Shown piece after piece: positions 1 to 9,711 of a stretch of 64,000 bases of DNA. A program made the translations under genes and the position numbers. The notes beneath the pieces were generated by a model. It was not told where the DNA came from and did not search any database. It was given only the letters and a program-made list of their open reading frames with translations. The first letter of the stretch is position 1. Every line of letters begins with the position of its first letter. The DNA is taken from the NCBI GenBank assembly GCA_963676395.1, contig OY781066.1, positions 1,504,001 to 1,568,000 of the forward strand. The letters run 5' to 3'. Origin of the DNA: a bacterium. GTDB taxonomy: Bacteria; Fidelibacterota; Fidelibacteria; Fidelibacterales; Fidelibacteraceae.

Positions 1-893
1 TCAATGGTTAAATTTTTATTTATGATTGATATATATGAATTTGGAATGTTGTTGGTTACCGTTTTTAACAGTTTTTCACTTTGGCTGATTTTATTTAAGT
101 GCTTACGTTGTTCTGTAATATCCATGCCTGAGCTGAATAGATGCTGAACAACGCCATTTTCATCTTCAATACTTGAATTGTACCACTCAATTATCCGTGT
201 GTCACCTTCTTTTGTTACAATCATATTTTCATAGTGTTCAACACTGCTGACTTTTCCGGCAAAGATCTTTTTGAAGACTCTTTTAACCCCTCTGCGGTTT
301 TTCTTGGGGATACAGGTATCGAACCAATTTTTACCGATTAATTCCTCTCGCTTATAGCCGAGGATCGTTAATCCTTTCTGGTTGATTAATTTGATATTTC
401 CATCGGCGTCAAGTGATATGAATATAGAGCCGGCCATATCTAAATAACGTTCGGCATTTTCTTTGGCATTTTGTAATTCTTTAATTATTTCTTTACTTTT
501 TAAACCGTCTGTAGATAATATTTGAACTCCAACAATCTGATGATCATTTTTAAACAGGGGAAAATATTTAGAATTATACAATGTTTGTCTATCTGGCAAA
601 TCAATCAGATCTTCATATTCATAAGTCTCGTTATTATTTATGGTTTTTTTTAATCGTTCTAAATAGTTTTGGCCATGTTTTTTTCCGAATAGATCAATCA
701 TTGTTTTACCAATAAAATCTTTTGGATCACCCCCCATATTTCTGGCCGCTGTATGATTAAAAAATAAAACTCTCCCCGTGACGTCAAAAAAGGCTAACCC
801 GATATCAAGAGAGTTCAACAAATTAAAAGAAAAATCATTTCCTTGAAGCATTTTCTTAATAGTATTATTTGATTTATTAACACTACTCATCAT
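1..893 (-). CDS. PAS domain S-box sensor protein (3' part runs off the window)
   Basis: Manual translation from ATG 893 (SD AAAGGAAG): MMSSVNKS...GLAFFDVTGRVLFFN...SLDADGNIKLINQKG...GKNWFDTC...FSSGMDITEQRK; tandem PAS/PAC; absent from ORF track because no stop in window. Confidence 0.85.
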   Translation of the reverse strand, partial: MMSSVNKSNNTIKKMLQGNDFSFNLLNSLDIGLAFFDVTGRVLFFNHTAARNMGGDPKDFIGKTMIDLFGKKHGQNYLERLKKTINNNETYEYEDLIDLPDRQTLYNSKYFPLFKNDHQIVGVQILSTDGLKSKEIIKELQNAKENAERYLDMAGSIFISLDADGNIKLINQKGLTILGYKREELIGKNWFDTCIPKKNRRGVKRVFKKIFAGKVSSVEHYENMIVTKEGDTRIIEWYNSSIEDENGVVQHLFSSGMDITEQRKHLNKISQSEKLLKTVTNNIPNSYISIINKNLTI

Positions 894-1088
894 ACTTCCT
901 TTGATATTGCTGGGGCTTTACTTCTAGTTAATACTATTTATATGTATCATTGTTAAAATGTAGGGTGGAATAATGGCTTTTCAAAGTTTTAATATTGACA
1001 TAGATTATATAATAATTATTAAAATAATAAAAATAGGGACATCATTATGACATCCCTTTTCTCTGTCAGACCGTGTTTTATATGCTAT

Positions 1089-1298
1089 TTATGCAGGCCA
1101 ATGTTCGATTAATAACCAAATACCAAAGCCCAATGCGATAGAACCAAAAACTGCGATAAAGATCTGAGTACCTATTTCACCAAGGATCTTTATAAATCCT
1201 TGAATTTTCCCCATATTCCAGATCTTTGCCGGTTTTGTTGCGGCGAGCAGATAACATACGATCGCATAAACAATAAGAAAAATCGCTAAATAAAACAT
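1089..1298 (-). CDS. small two-TM membrane protein
   Basis: 69 aa, two hydrophobic segments, AAAGGAGA SD. Confidence 0.7.
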   Translation of the reverse strand: MFYLAIFLIVYAIVCYLLAATKPAKIWNMGKIQGFIKILGEIGTQIFIAVFGSIALGFGIWLLIEHWPA

Positions 1299-1350
1299 AA
1301 TATCTCCTTTTAAGTATTAAGATTGGGTGGTGCTATACTCACTTTCAATC

Positions 1351-2397
1351 TTATGATAATCCTTTAGTAATTTGTTTTTTAAGCAGCATGAAGTAAGCTA
1401 AACAAATAACAATGACAAGTCCACCTTTCCAAATTACATCACCCCAGCTTGCGGTTTGAATAAAAACTGATTCTAGAGCGTTGTAGATCCAATAAAAAGG
1501 TGTCCAGTAAACAACCCATTGCCATTTATCGGGAAGCAAGGTTCCCCCCAGAACTGACAGCATGAGGAGCATACCAAGCATCTTGCCGATGCCGATCGCC
1601 TCATTGTCATTACTGCCTATGGCACCGATCAAGAGGCCAAAGAATAATGTGATGGCAAAGGAGGCTATGACCAGAACATAAACTTGAAGTATGTTTACGT
1701 GGATCAATCCCAGTATAAGTAGAGCAATAATGGTATAAAAAGCCATGACTAGAAGCGGTAGGATAGATCGTCCCACATAGTATTCTGTTGTTGTTAAGGG
1801 AGATACTTGTAGAGCACGGTTTGTGCCTAATTCTTTATCATTTACAATACCTAAACCGATAATAAATGCACCGATAAAGGACATAAAAAGGATAAAAATT
1901 GAGCCACCCATGGTTGCGACCGGAGATATTTCACTACGATGTGATATTTCTTCGGGAACATCAGAAACAAAGGTATTTGTTTTTGCTCTATCGGGATAAT
2001 ATTTCTCTACATAGTACTGTCTTATCACTCTTGCTCCGCTAGAGAATGCAGTGTTCTTTTTAATATTTCGCTCAAGAACTGAAACATATTGTTCATTTTC
2101 TTGATCCCAGTATAAACCTTCGGCAGAACCCGCACCGCGAAGTTTTTGTTCCATATCTTTGATGGAATCATAGGCCTTTACATTTGCAAATTTTTCTAAT
2201 TCGTCAATGACTTCTTGTTTTACTGCATGAGGACCCTCGGTAACAACCGCTATGGTTGCGGCTGTTGAATCCATGCTGGGCAGGAAGAAACGCAATATGA
2301 GTATCATGATCATAGGTACAATGATCATGTATGCACCCATGAAGTTGGACATATTGGACTTTAAGTCGAATTTAAACATTTGAGTTAGTTGTCTCAT
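1351..2397 (-). CDS. ABC-2 type exporter permease
   Basis: N-terminal TM, extracytoplasmic loop, C-terminal TM bundle; operon with ATPase. Confidence 0.85.
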   Translation of the reverse strand: MRQLTQMFKFDLKSNMSNFMGAYMIIVPMIMILILRFFLPSMDSTAATIAVVTEGPHAVKQEVIDELEKFANVKAYDSIKDMEQKLRGAGSAEGLYWDQENEQYVSVLERNIKKNTAFSSGARVIRQYYVEKYYPDRAKTNTFVSDVPEEISHRSEISPVATMGGSIFILFMSFIGAFIIGLGIVNDKELGTNRALQVSPLTTTEYYVGRSILPLLVMAFYTIIALLILGLIHVNILQVYVLVIASFAITLFFGLLIGAIGSNDNEAIGIGKMLGMLLMLSVLGGTLLPDKWQWVVYWTPFYWIYNALESVFIQTASWGDVIWKGGLVIVICLAYFMLLKKQITKGLS

Positions 2398-2398
2398 T

Positions 2399-3484
2399 TT
2401 ATCCTTCCTTCCTGATTTTTAGCAAGAATACCCAACCGGCAAAGGTTGCCAGCACCACATCGATCGCTCCAAGTATCAGTGCAGAGTTCCAGATAATGTG
2501 TGTGTTGTTATCCGGGAACATGGCGGCATCCATTCCGAATAGGGTATAGTAGGTTGGAATTAATCTTAACCAACCCGGAGAAAAGGTAGGTGCAAAAAGC
2601 GAGATCGCTGGCAATGATAGTACCATCATCAACAGTACAACCCAGCCCATAGATGCCATAGGGCTTTCGTTGAAAGCACCAAGAATGGTTCCGATCGCTG
2701 ATCCGAAGATGACAGTCAATACAATGATCAATAGAGCCGGTAGATACCCTGTAAAACCGCCCATAACGGGAATATAAATGATACTGAAGGTGAATAAACT
2801 AACAGCCAATAACATTAAGTTTTTACTTAGTAAGAATCCGCCAATACCGGCCGGTGTCACTCTAAAGGCACGAATGGTTGCATCGGCTCTTTCCTGGCCT
2901 GTTTGAGAAACCATGGCGAACATGCCGATAATACCCACCATCATTAATAGTATTGCGGGGAGCAATCGACGGTTAAAGGGGATCTCGTCGCGAAGACCTT
3001 CTTGAAGTGCAGTGAGTTTTACGGCCTCATATACTTCAAAAGGATAGGTGCCAAAGGGTGGATGAAGCATAGACAGCATGTCTTCCATTTCCACTTCCAC
3101 ATATTTTATCATGGCTTGAGTGGTATAGGGTTGTACCAACATTTCAGTACGGTATATGGTGCTGTCTTCTTTGTCGCCAAATGAGATAATAACACCCATG
3201 GCATTTCTATTTTTTGTCATACCTTCAATGATTTCCTCGCGGGTTTCGACAAATGTATCGAGCTCCATTTCAATGTCAGCTTCTTCACTGAAACGATCTA
3301 TGATCTCCTGAATTAATCCGGTTTTATCTTGAATATAGACCATAGCATCAGGCTCAATATCTTTAGGAAAGACAAAAAGCAGAAGCAGCATGATCACGAC
3401 GGCAAAACCTAGCTCCAAAAGGATGAATACATCCTTAATACCAAGCAGCACATCTTTTTTTAATAAGTTAATTATCTTTTTCAT
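2399..3484 (-). CDS. ABC-2 type exporter permease
   Basis: Same topology; 'ERADATIRAFRVTP' cytoplasmic loop. Confidence 0.85.
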   Translation of the reverse strand: MKKIINLLKKDVLLGIKDVFILLELGFAVVIMLLLLFVFPKDIEPDAMVYIQDKTGLIQEIIDRFSEEADIEMELDTFVETREEIIEGMTKNRNAMGVIISFGDKEDSTIYRTEMLVQPYTTQAMIKYVEVEMEDMLSMLHPPFGTYPFEVYEAVKLTALQEGLRDEIPFNRRLLPAILLMMVGIIGMFAMVSQTGQERADATIRAFRVTPAGIGGFLLSKNLMLLAVSLFTFSIIYIPVMGGFTGYLPALLIIVLTVIFGSAIGTILGAFNESPMASMGWVVLLMMVLSLPAISLFAPTFSPGWLRLIPTYYTLFGMDAAMFPDNNTHIIWNSALILGAIDVVLATFAGWVFLLKIRKEG

Positions 3485-3492
3485 AGGGACTC

Positions 3493-4347
3493 CTATTCAA
3501 GACCGCGGCCGGTGAGTTTGATAAAGATCTCTTCCAGAGTAGGTTCTCCGGAGTGGATCGTTTTTACGTCCTTATCGGCAATAAATTTGGTTAGCTCACC
3601 TTTGTCTTTTTCAGCCATGCTGAATGTTTTGGATGCCAGTTTTTCGCCATCCATATATTCTAAGGTTACCACAGGTTGACCATATTTAAGCTTCAGGTTT
3701 TTGGGACTGTCTAATGCTGCGATTTTTCCATCAACGATAAAAGCTACCCGATCACACAGTTCATCGGCAACGAACATGTTGTGTGTAGTCAAGAAGATTG
3801 TTGTTCCTTCTTTTTGTTTCCTTTTGATAATACCTTTGATCGAGTTTGCTGTTGTGGGATCCAAACCCATGGTCGGTTCATCAAGAAACCAGATATCGGG
3901 TTTGTTGATCATTGAACGAGCAAAGCCGATTCGCTGCATCATACCTTTAGAAAAATCACCGGCTTTTTTACGAGCTTCATTTTTCAGCCCAACCCAATCC
4001 AGTACCGTCATCGGATCTTCGGTTCCACCATCATATAGTGACGCATGAAATTTCAGGTTGTCTAGTGCGGAGAGCTTTTTATATACATTAGGTCTTTCGA
4101 ATCCGACTCCGATACGATTAAAGAATTTCTTGTTGGGGTGTCCCTTGCGCTCTTCACCATCAATAATAATATGACCTTCTTGTTTTTCCAGCAGTCCGGA
4201 AAGTATCCCTTGAGTCGTAGATTTGCCGGCACCGCTTGGACCGAGGAATCCGAATATCTCACCCTTTTCGATATTAAAGCTGATATCGTTCACGGCGTAT
4301 TCATCATTTTTCTTATACGAGTGTTTAAGATTCTTTACTTCGATCAT
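3493..4347 (-). CDS. ABC exporter ATP-binding protein
   Basis: Walker A GPSGAGKS, signature FSKGM, Walker B FLDEP; start chosen at MIEVK (AAGGAAGG SD). Confidence 0.92.
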   Translation of the reverse strand: MIEVKNLKHSYKKNDEYAVNDISFNIEKGEIFGFLGPSGAGKSTTQGILSGLLEKQEGHIIIDGEERKGHPNKKFFNRIGVGFERPNVYKKLSALDNLKFHASLYDGGTEDPMTVLDWVGLKNEARKKAGDFSKGMMQRIGFARSMINKPDIWFLDEPTMGLDPTTANSIKGIIKRKQKEGTTIFLTTHNMFVADELCDRVAFIVDGKIAALDSPKNLKLKYGQPVVTLEYMDGEKLASKTFSMAEKDKGELTKFIADKDVKTIHSGEPTLEEIFIKLTGRGLE

Positions 4348-4406
4348 AATGACCTTCCTTTTCATTGAGGGGCTTAATTGCCCGTAAATTTTGTTTCGGT
4401 AATATC

Positions 4407-4434
4407 ATTTTACAGTGAAACGGGCTTTTTGCAA
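4407..4434 (-). promoter_or_regulatory. putative sigma70 promoter of ABC operon
   Basis: TTGCAA-N16-TAAAAT. Confidence 0.4.
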
Positions 4435-4708
4435 AGAAAAATCGGTTTTTCGGGGCTGATTTGCCTAAAATCGGAGTAAGGTATTTTTTGCTTTATTTAT
4501 GCGGACATCTTACGAAAAATAAAAATATATCGCAAAATAGTAAGGAATAAGTTTTAAAATAAAGAAAAATTATGTCGAAAAATTATTGAATATTAGTCAG
4601 AAAACACATCCTTACGTTTTAAAGACATAGATATTTAAAGAGTGTTTTTTTGAATATTTGTTAAATCTAATTATGGATCACTCGTTACAACGTTTTTCGT
4701 TTAACGAT

Positions 4709-5359
4709 TCACGGTTTAAAACTCATGCTTTTATAGCACTCATCCCAAAATCTTAATTCCATTCTACAACTTTGCATGTACATGGTCTTCATGTCATCAC
4801 GCATGTAATAGTTGCTATGTTGAGCCGCAGATTCCACTAATTGCAACATTTGACGGACTTGCTCGGTGAATTCTTCCCCGGTATAAGTGTCCAACCAAGG
4901 CTGATAAGGATTATCTTTTACAGTATTGTTATTGAGATGAACCCCAACTTCACGATACATCCAAAAGCAGGGTAGTAATGATACTAGTCCCATTGGGTAA
5001 GGTGATAAAAATGTGACATTATCTAAAAAATTACCGTAATCATGGCAAGCGGGAAGTCTTTCTTCTACAGGAGTGATCTTAAATTTTCTAAAGAAATTAT
5101 CATGTAATTCTTTTTCGATCAGGAAGCCGTCTTCGGCAAAACCGATTAAGATATTTTTAATTTCTAGAGTGGGTGCTTTATTCGCCAATTGGAAAAGTGC
5201 TTTTGTATATGATTCAATATACAAAGCATCTTGCTGTAGATAGGTTTTAAATCGCTCGACCTCCAGTGTTCCTGCTGAGAGTTCAACATTAAAAGGATGT
5301 GTGATCATGTCGCGATACAGCGATTTGCTCATTTTCCATAATCTACCGGTGAATAACAT
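4709..5359 (-). CDS. tenA: TenA family thiaminase II / aminopyrimidine aminohydrolase
   Basis: HPF..L, YLQQDALY, LLPCFWMY (catalytic Cys), Y..W.DTY, E.RFW; in thi operon. Confidence 0.9.
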   Translation of the reverse strand: MLFTGRLWKMSKSLYRDMITHPFNVELSAGTLEVERFKTYLQQDALYIESYTKALFQLANKAPTLEIKNILIGFAEDGFLIEKELHDNFFRKFKITPVEERLPACHDYGNFLDNVTFLSPYPMGLVSLLPCFWMYREVGVHLNNNTVKDNPYQPWLDTYTGEEFTEQVRQMLQLVESAAQHSNYYMRDDMKTMYMQSCRMELRFWDECYKSMSFKP

Positions 5360-6171
5360 TAATCTTCCTTCCAGAGTTTATGGAAGTGATGAACGGGACC
5401 ATGACCGTGACCAATTTTATATTTTGATCCGGCAATGATGGCGGAATGAATATAGTCTTTTGCTGAGCGGACAGCATTTTCCAATTCCATGCCTTGTGCA
5501 AGAAAGGCAGCGATCGCTGAAGATGTAGTACAACCGGTTCCATGTGTGTTGGGTGAGTTTATGCGCTGTGCTTCCAGCCAGATGATCTTGCCATCTTTCA
5601 TCATTAGGCAGTCCGGACTTTCTTGATCTTCGAAATGTCCTCCTTTAACCAAAACGGCTTCGGGACCGAGTTTAAGCAGTTTTTTTGCACTTTTCTCAAG
5701 ATCTTCACGTGCTATGATATTGTCTCCGGTAAGTACCTCGGCTTCCGGTATATTGGGTGTGATCACTCTTGCCAGGGGAATGATCTCTTCTTTTAAAGCG
5801 TTAATGCTTTCATCTTGTAACAGTTTATCACCACTTTTAGCGACCATCACCGGATCTAGCACGATATTCCTGACGTCATATTCTTTGAGTTTTTCGGCAA
5901 TGGCTTTAATCACATCTGGAGTATTTAGCATGCCAATTTTAACCGCATCTACACCAATATCGCTGATAACGGCATCAATCTGTTTTGCCACGAATTCAGC
6001 GTTAACAGGATAAATACCTGTAACAGCTGTAGTGTTTTGCGCGGTTAAAGCCGTAATGGCAGACATGCCAAAACAGCCTAATGCCGAAAAAGTTTTTAGG
6101 TCGGCTTGTATACCGGCACCACCGCCACTGTCTGAGCCGGCAATGGTTAAAACGCGTTTATATGCTTTCAT
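5359..6171 (-). CDS. thiD: HMP/HMP-P kinase
   Basis: [37 protein letters not shown]. Confidence 0.97.
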   Translation of the reverse strand: MKAYKRVLTIAGSDSGGGAGIQADLKTFSALGCFGMSAITALTAQNTTAVTGIYPVNAEFVAKQIDAVISDIGVDAVKIGMLNTPDVIKAIAEKLKEYDVRNIVLDPVMVAKSGDKLLQDESINALKEEIIPLARVITPNIPEAEVLTGDNIIAREDLEKSAKKLLKLGPEAVLVKGGHFEDQESPDCLMMKDGKIIWLEAQRINSPNTHGTGCTTSSAIAAFLAQGMELENAVRSAKDYIHSAIIAGSKYKIGHGHGPVHHFHKLWKED

Positions 6172-7181
6172 GATGTCTCACTTTTAAAATGGTCAAAACC
6201 ATGTCGGTTCAAGGTGACCGGTTTATCGTTTAGAGTATATTCAAGTGTATTGGATTCCGTGATCTTCCCGATGGGGAAAAGATCATTTTTAAATTTTTTC
6301 CAATAGTCAGCTGATATTTTATCATAATTTTCGGCTTTGATAGTGCAAAGTAGGCAGTAGTCTTCACCACCGCTAGCAGCCAAGTTTAAAGCATTCCAGC
6401 CATAATCTCCGCAGACTGAATTCATGGCATCTGAAATAGGTAGTTTGTCAAGGTTGATCTTTGCACCCACAGAAGATCTTTCCATGATGCGTTTGATATC
6501 TGAATCAATACCATCCGAGACATCAATCATGGCACGAACACCTTCTTGCCCACCAAGAAAGCGGCCTTCGGGAAGATGCGGTCGAGGCAGGTTATGTGCT
6601 CTGAACATGGCGCGGGCCTCAGGAGTAACGGCGGGTAAGTTCTTTAGTACAAAATTCAGTCCGCAAGCCGATTCTCCAAGAGGAGCTGTCACACATATCA
6701 TATCACCGGGCTTTGCAGTTGAGCGAGTTTTTAAGTGCTTATTTTCAACTTTTCCTATAACCGCAATGTTGATGACCAAGTCATGTTGAGATTTTGTTGT
6801 ATCCCCGCCTAAAATGGGGCATTTGCTTTCTTTGGCAAGAAAGGATAGGCCCTCATAGAATTCTTTTAACCATTCTACATTTACTCTTTGGGGGATGCCT
6901 AAAGAAATATATGCTGACTGCGGGATACCGCCCATGGCGGCAATATCACTTAGGTTAACTGCTAGAGATTTTTGTCCTAATTCAAAGGCTGTAATTTTAT
7001 CAAAAAGAAAATGTGTGCCTTCAATTAGTAAATCGGTGGTCACGATCTGACTTTCGGTTTCCGAAAGTGGGGAAATGGCGCAATCGTCACCGATTCCGAC
7101 GATGTTATTACCAAGATGTTTGAAGAAGGGTGCGGCTACCTGATCAATAAAGCCAAATTCACCTATGTCGGATAATTTCAT
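6168..7181 (-). CDS. thiL: thiamine-monophosphate kinase
   Basis: [37 protein letters not shown]. Confidence 0.96.
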   Translation of the reverse strand: MKLSDIGEFGFIDQVAAPFFKHLGNNIVGIGDDCAISPLSETESQIVTTDLLIEGTHFLFDKITAFELGQKSLAVNLSDIAAMGGIPQSAYISLGIPQRVNVEWLKEFYEGLSFLAKESKCPILGGDTTKSQHDLVINIAVIGKVENKHLKTRSTAKPGDMICVTAPLGESACGLNFVLKNLPAVTPEARAMFRAHNLPRPHLPEGRFLGGQEGVRAMIDVSDGIDSDIKRIMERSSVGAKINLDKLPISDAMNSVCGDYGWNALNLAASGGEDYCLLCTIKAENYDKISADYWKKFKNDLFPIGKITESNTLEYTLNDKPVTLNRHGFDHFKSETS

Positions 7182-7813
7182 TTCCTACCTTTTTTCACTT
7201 CTTTCAGTAATTCGCGCGATGCGAGTTCGGGATCATCAGCTGAACAGATTGCCGATACAACGGCAATACCATCGGATCCTGCAGCTATGATTTCAGCTGT
7301 ATTTTTTTTATTGATACCACCAATAGCGACCAAAGGATGTCGCGATATTTTTCGGATCTCGCGGATGCCCTCAAGCCCCAACTCGTGATGAATATCCGTC
7401 TTAGTCGGGGTGGAGTAGATAGGACTGAGTCCAAGATAATCTACATTCAATTTTTCGGCATCAAGCGCATCTTGAATATTTTCTACGGATAACCCGATGA
7501 TAGCATCCGGTCCCATGAGTTTTCGTGCGGTTTTGTAAGGCATATCACTTTGACCAATGTGTAGGCCTTCGGCGCCAACGGCCAGGGCAATGTCAATTCT
7601 GTCGTTAATGATCAATGGAATTCCCAAAGGTGAACAGAAATTTTTTACGTCTTGGGCAATTTCTAAAAATTCCCGGGTAGTGCAATCTTTCTCACGCAAT
7701 TGTACGATGCTTGTACCACCTTTAATTGCGGCTTTGATCACTGCTTGCAAACTGCGACCTTTTGAGAGTTTGCGATCGGTAACGAGGTATAGGCTATAGT
7801 CAATATTTTTCAT
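7178..7813 (-). CDS. thiE: thiamine-phosphate synthase
   Basis: LYLVTD, QLREK, INDRIDIA, HIGQSD, TPTK, VAIGGI. Confidence 0.97.
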   Translation of the reverse strand: MKNIDYSLYLVTDRKLSKGRSLQAVIKAAIKGGTSIVQLREKDCTTREFLEIAQDVKNFCSPLGIPLIINDRIDIALAVGAEGLHIGQSDMPYKTARKLMGPDAIIGLSVENIQDALDAEKLNVDYLGLSPIYSTPTKTDIHHELGLEGIREIRKISRHPLVAIGGINKKNTAEIIAAGSDGIAVVSAICSADDPELASRELLKEVKKGRK

Positions 7814-7866
7814 AATTTTTCAACCAGCGAGCAACTTGAAGATTTAAGTCATTTTTTGTATCTTCC

Positions 7867-7936
7867 TGTTAGCTGTTAGCTGTTAGCTGTTAGCTGTTAG
7901 CTGTTAGCTGTTAGCTGTTAGCTGTTAGCTGTTAGC
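7867..7936. repeat. perfect heptamer tandem repeat (TGTTAGC)x10
   Basis: Ten exact copies abutting the thiM stop codon. Confidence 0.97.
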
Positions 7937-8725
7937 TTATTTTAAATATTTTTCCACATCTTCTTTACTCATATTATAAAAAGCATCAAGAAGATATAGT
8001 TGCAATGTGCCGGGACCTTCGGCTTTTTCTTCGGCCATTTCGGCGGCAATACCCATTACAGCCATTGCAGATGCAGCGGCTTGAAGTTTATCTTCCACGA
8101 CTGCTGCAAACGCTCCTGTGATCGCAGTTGCCGTACACCCCAAACCGGTGACCTTTGGCATCATGTCTGAGCCGCCTTCAATACTGATAACTTTATCACC
8201 ATCGGTCAAGTGATCGGTTTTCCCGGAAATGGTAACGATGCACTTGTACTTTTTGGCAAGAGATTTTGCCGCATCCATGGCAGAATCTGAACTGGCCGTA
8301 CTATCAACACCTTTGGTTTTAATGGCAGCATTTTCAAGTGCCATGATTTCAGAAGCATTTGCTCTGATAATAGTAGGATTAGCTTTTGATAGGAGCCTTA
8401 AACAACTTTCACTACGATAGGGGGTTGCCCCTGCGCCAACGGGATCAATAACAATGGGAATACCTTTTTTGTTTGCAGCTCTTATAGCAAGCTCCATTGC
8501 ATCTATCCATTTGTCACTTAATGTACCAATATTGATTACTAGAGATGATGCAATTTTGATCATATCTATAACCTCATTGCCGGCATGTGCCATTACGGGA
8601 GATGCACCAATTGCCAAAAGCGCATTGGCGGTATTATTCATGACAACATAATTGGTTATATTATGAACGAGAGGTGAGGACTCTCTTACCGTTTTTAAAT
8701 CGTTCCATACTTGCTTTGCATTCAT
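7937..8725 (-). CDS. thiM: hydroxyethylthiazole kinase
   Basis: PLVHNITNYV, GASPVMA, INIGTL, DPVGAGAT, VTGLGC. Confidence 0.97.
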   Translation of the reverse strand: MNAKQVWNDLKTVRESSPLVHNITNYVVMNNTANALLAIGASPVMAHAGNEVIDMIKIASSLVINIGTLSDKWIDAMELAIRAANKKGIPIVIDPVGAGATPYRSESCLRLLSKANPTIIRANASEIMALENAAIKTKGVDSTASSDSAMDAAKSLAKKYKCIVTISGKTDHLTDGDKVISIEGGSDMMPKVTGLGCTATAITGAFAAVVEDKLQAAASAMAVMGIAAEMAEEKAEGPGTLQLYLLDAFYNMSKEDVEKYLK

Positions 8726-8726
8726 C

Positions 8727-9446
8727 TTATTTTCCTTTTACTGCTGAAATTGCAACGTAATCACCACGGTCATAACCTTCTACCGGTTCTTCGGCTTCCA
8801 TATCTGAATATGCCGGGTGTTTTGTTAATGTTTGAGCAAAGTTAAAGTCAGAAAAACCGGATTTTTCCAACATGTTTACTTTTTCGGGAGTGCTTCGCCA
8901 ATTTGATTCCGCTACAAATTCTATGGGATAAGCGTTGGGAGGTTTTGCACCCGCAAAATATTGGTGGTCCCAAGTTCCTGTTTCTTTTACAAGATTATAA
9001 AGTAAACCGTACGATGATTCTTTAGGTACATCCAAAACAAGAATTTTACCACCAGGTTTTAAAGCTTTATAAGCATTGTCGAAGGCTTTTTGAAGATCGT
9101 TGATATATGATGGTGTTCCATTAAAGATCACCGTGTCAAATTCTTCTTGTCCAAAATCCGTATCTTCGGCAGTACCAATCCGCACCTTCATACCACGTTG
9201 AGTTGCTATTTGTGCCATGCCTTGGGCGGGTTCAATACCTTCTTCTATAAGGATTTCGTAATCGCGTTTTAAAATAGCTTCAAATAAACCGCTGCCGCAA
9301 CCGATCGATAATGCTTTGCCGGGTGTCTCCAAGAAATGGGCCAGAAGGCGGACTTCGGATCTTAGTACATTTTCATTTTTCAGGAACCATTCATCGTAAG
9401 CGTTAGCAAATTGAGTAAATGCACCTTCTTTGACTTTTTTTCTCAT
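8727..9446 (-). CDS. class I SAM-dependent methyltransferase
   Basis: AYDEWF, SIGCGSG motif I, LKPGGK; start at MRKKV (GGAG SD). Confidence 0.88.
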   Translation of the reverse strand: MRKKVKEGAFTQFANAYDEWFLKNENVLRSEVRLLAHFLETPGKALSIGCGSGLFEAILKRDYEILIEEGIEPAQGMAQIATQRGMKVRIGTAEDTDFGQEEFDTVIFNGTPSYINDLQKAFDNAYKALKPGGKILVLDVPKESSYGLLYNLVKETGTWDHQYFAGAKPPNAYPIEFVAESNWRSTPEKVNMLEKSGFSDFNFAQTLTKHPAYSDMEAEEPVEGYDRGDYVAISAVKGK

Positions 9447-9479
9447 TTTTAATCTTTCTCCATCTTTGTGTGTTGTGTT

Positions 9480-9499
9480 GCCTAAAATTAATTTTAGGC
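9480..9499. promoter_or_regulatory. perfect 20-bp palindrome, candidate operator
   Basis: GCCTAAAATT/AATTTTAGGC, about 34 nt upstream of the methyltransferase start. Confidence 0.5.
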
Positions 9500-9630
9500 T
9501 ATAAATTAAGGAAAATATATTTTGTGACAAAGAATAAAGCGTATGAGGTGAAATGTATAACGTAAATTTTAGGTTAATACGAATATCGTTGTGCTGTACT
9601 TCACATATCTGTTATTGTTTTAACTTAGGT

Positions 9631-9689
9631 GAAAACCCACGATTCGTTAATCGACTTGGGAGGTTGTCGGAATTAACAGAATCGTGGGT
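9631..9689 (-). terminator. long imperfect hairpin after TonB receptor
   Basis: ACCCACGATTC-GTTAAT-CGAC...GTCG-ATTAAC-GAATCGTGGGT followed by T4 on minus strand. Confidence 0.55.
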
Positions 9690-9711
9690 GGAAATAATGG
9701 ATTTATTGGCT

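Noticed and set aside
9447..9711. TPP riboswitch ahead of thi operon
   Set aside because: No CUGAGA core on the minus strand; the 9635-9689 hairpin fits a terminator better.
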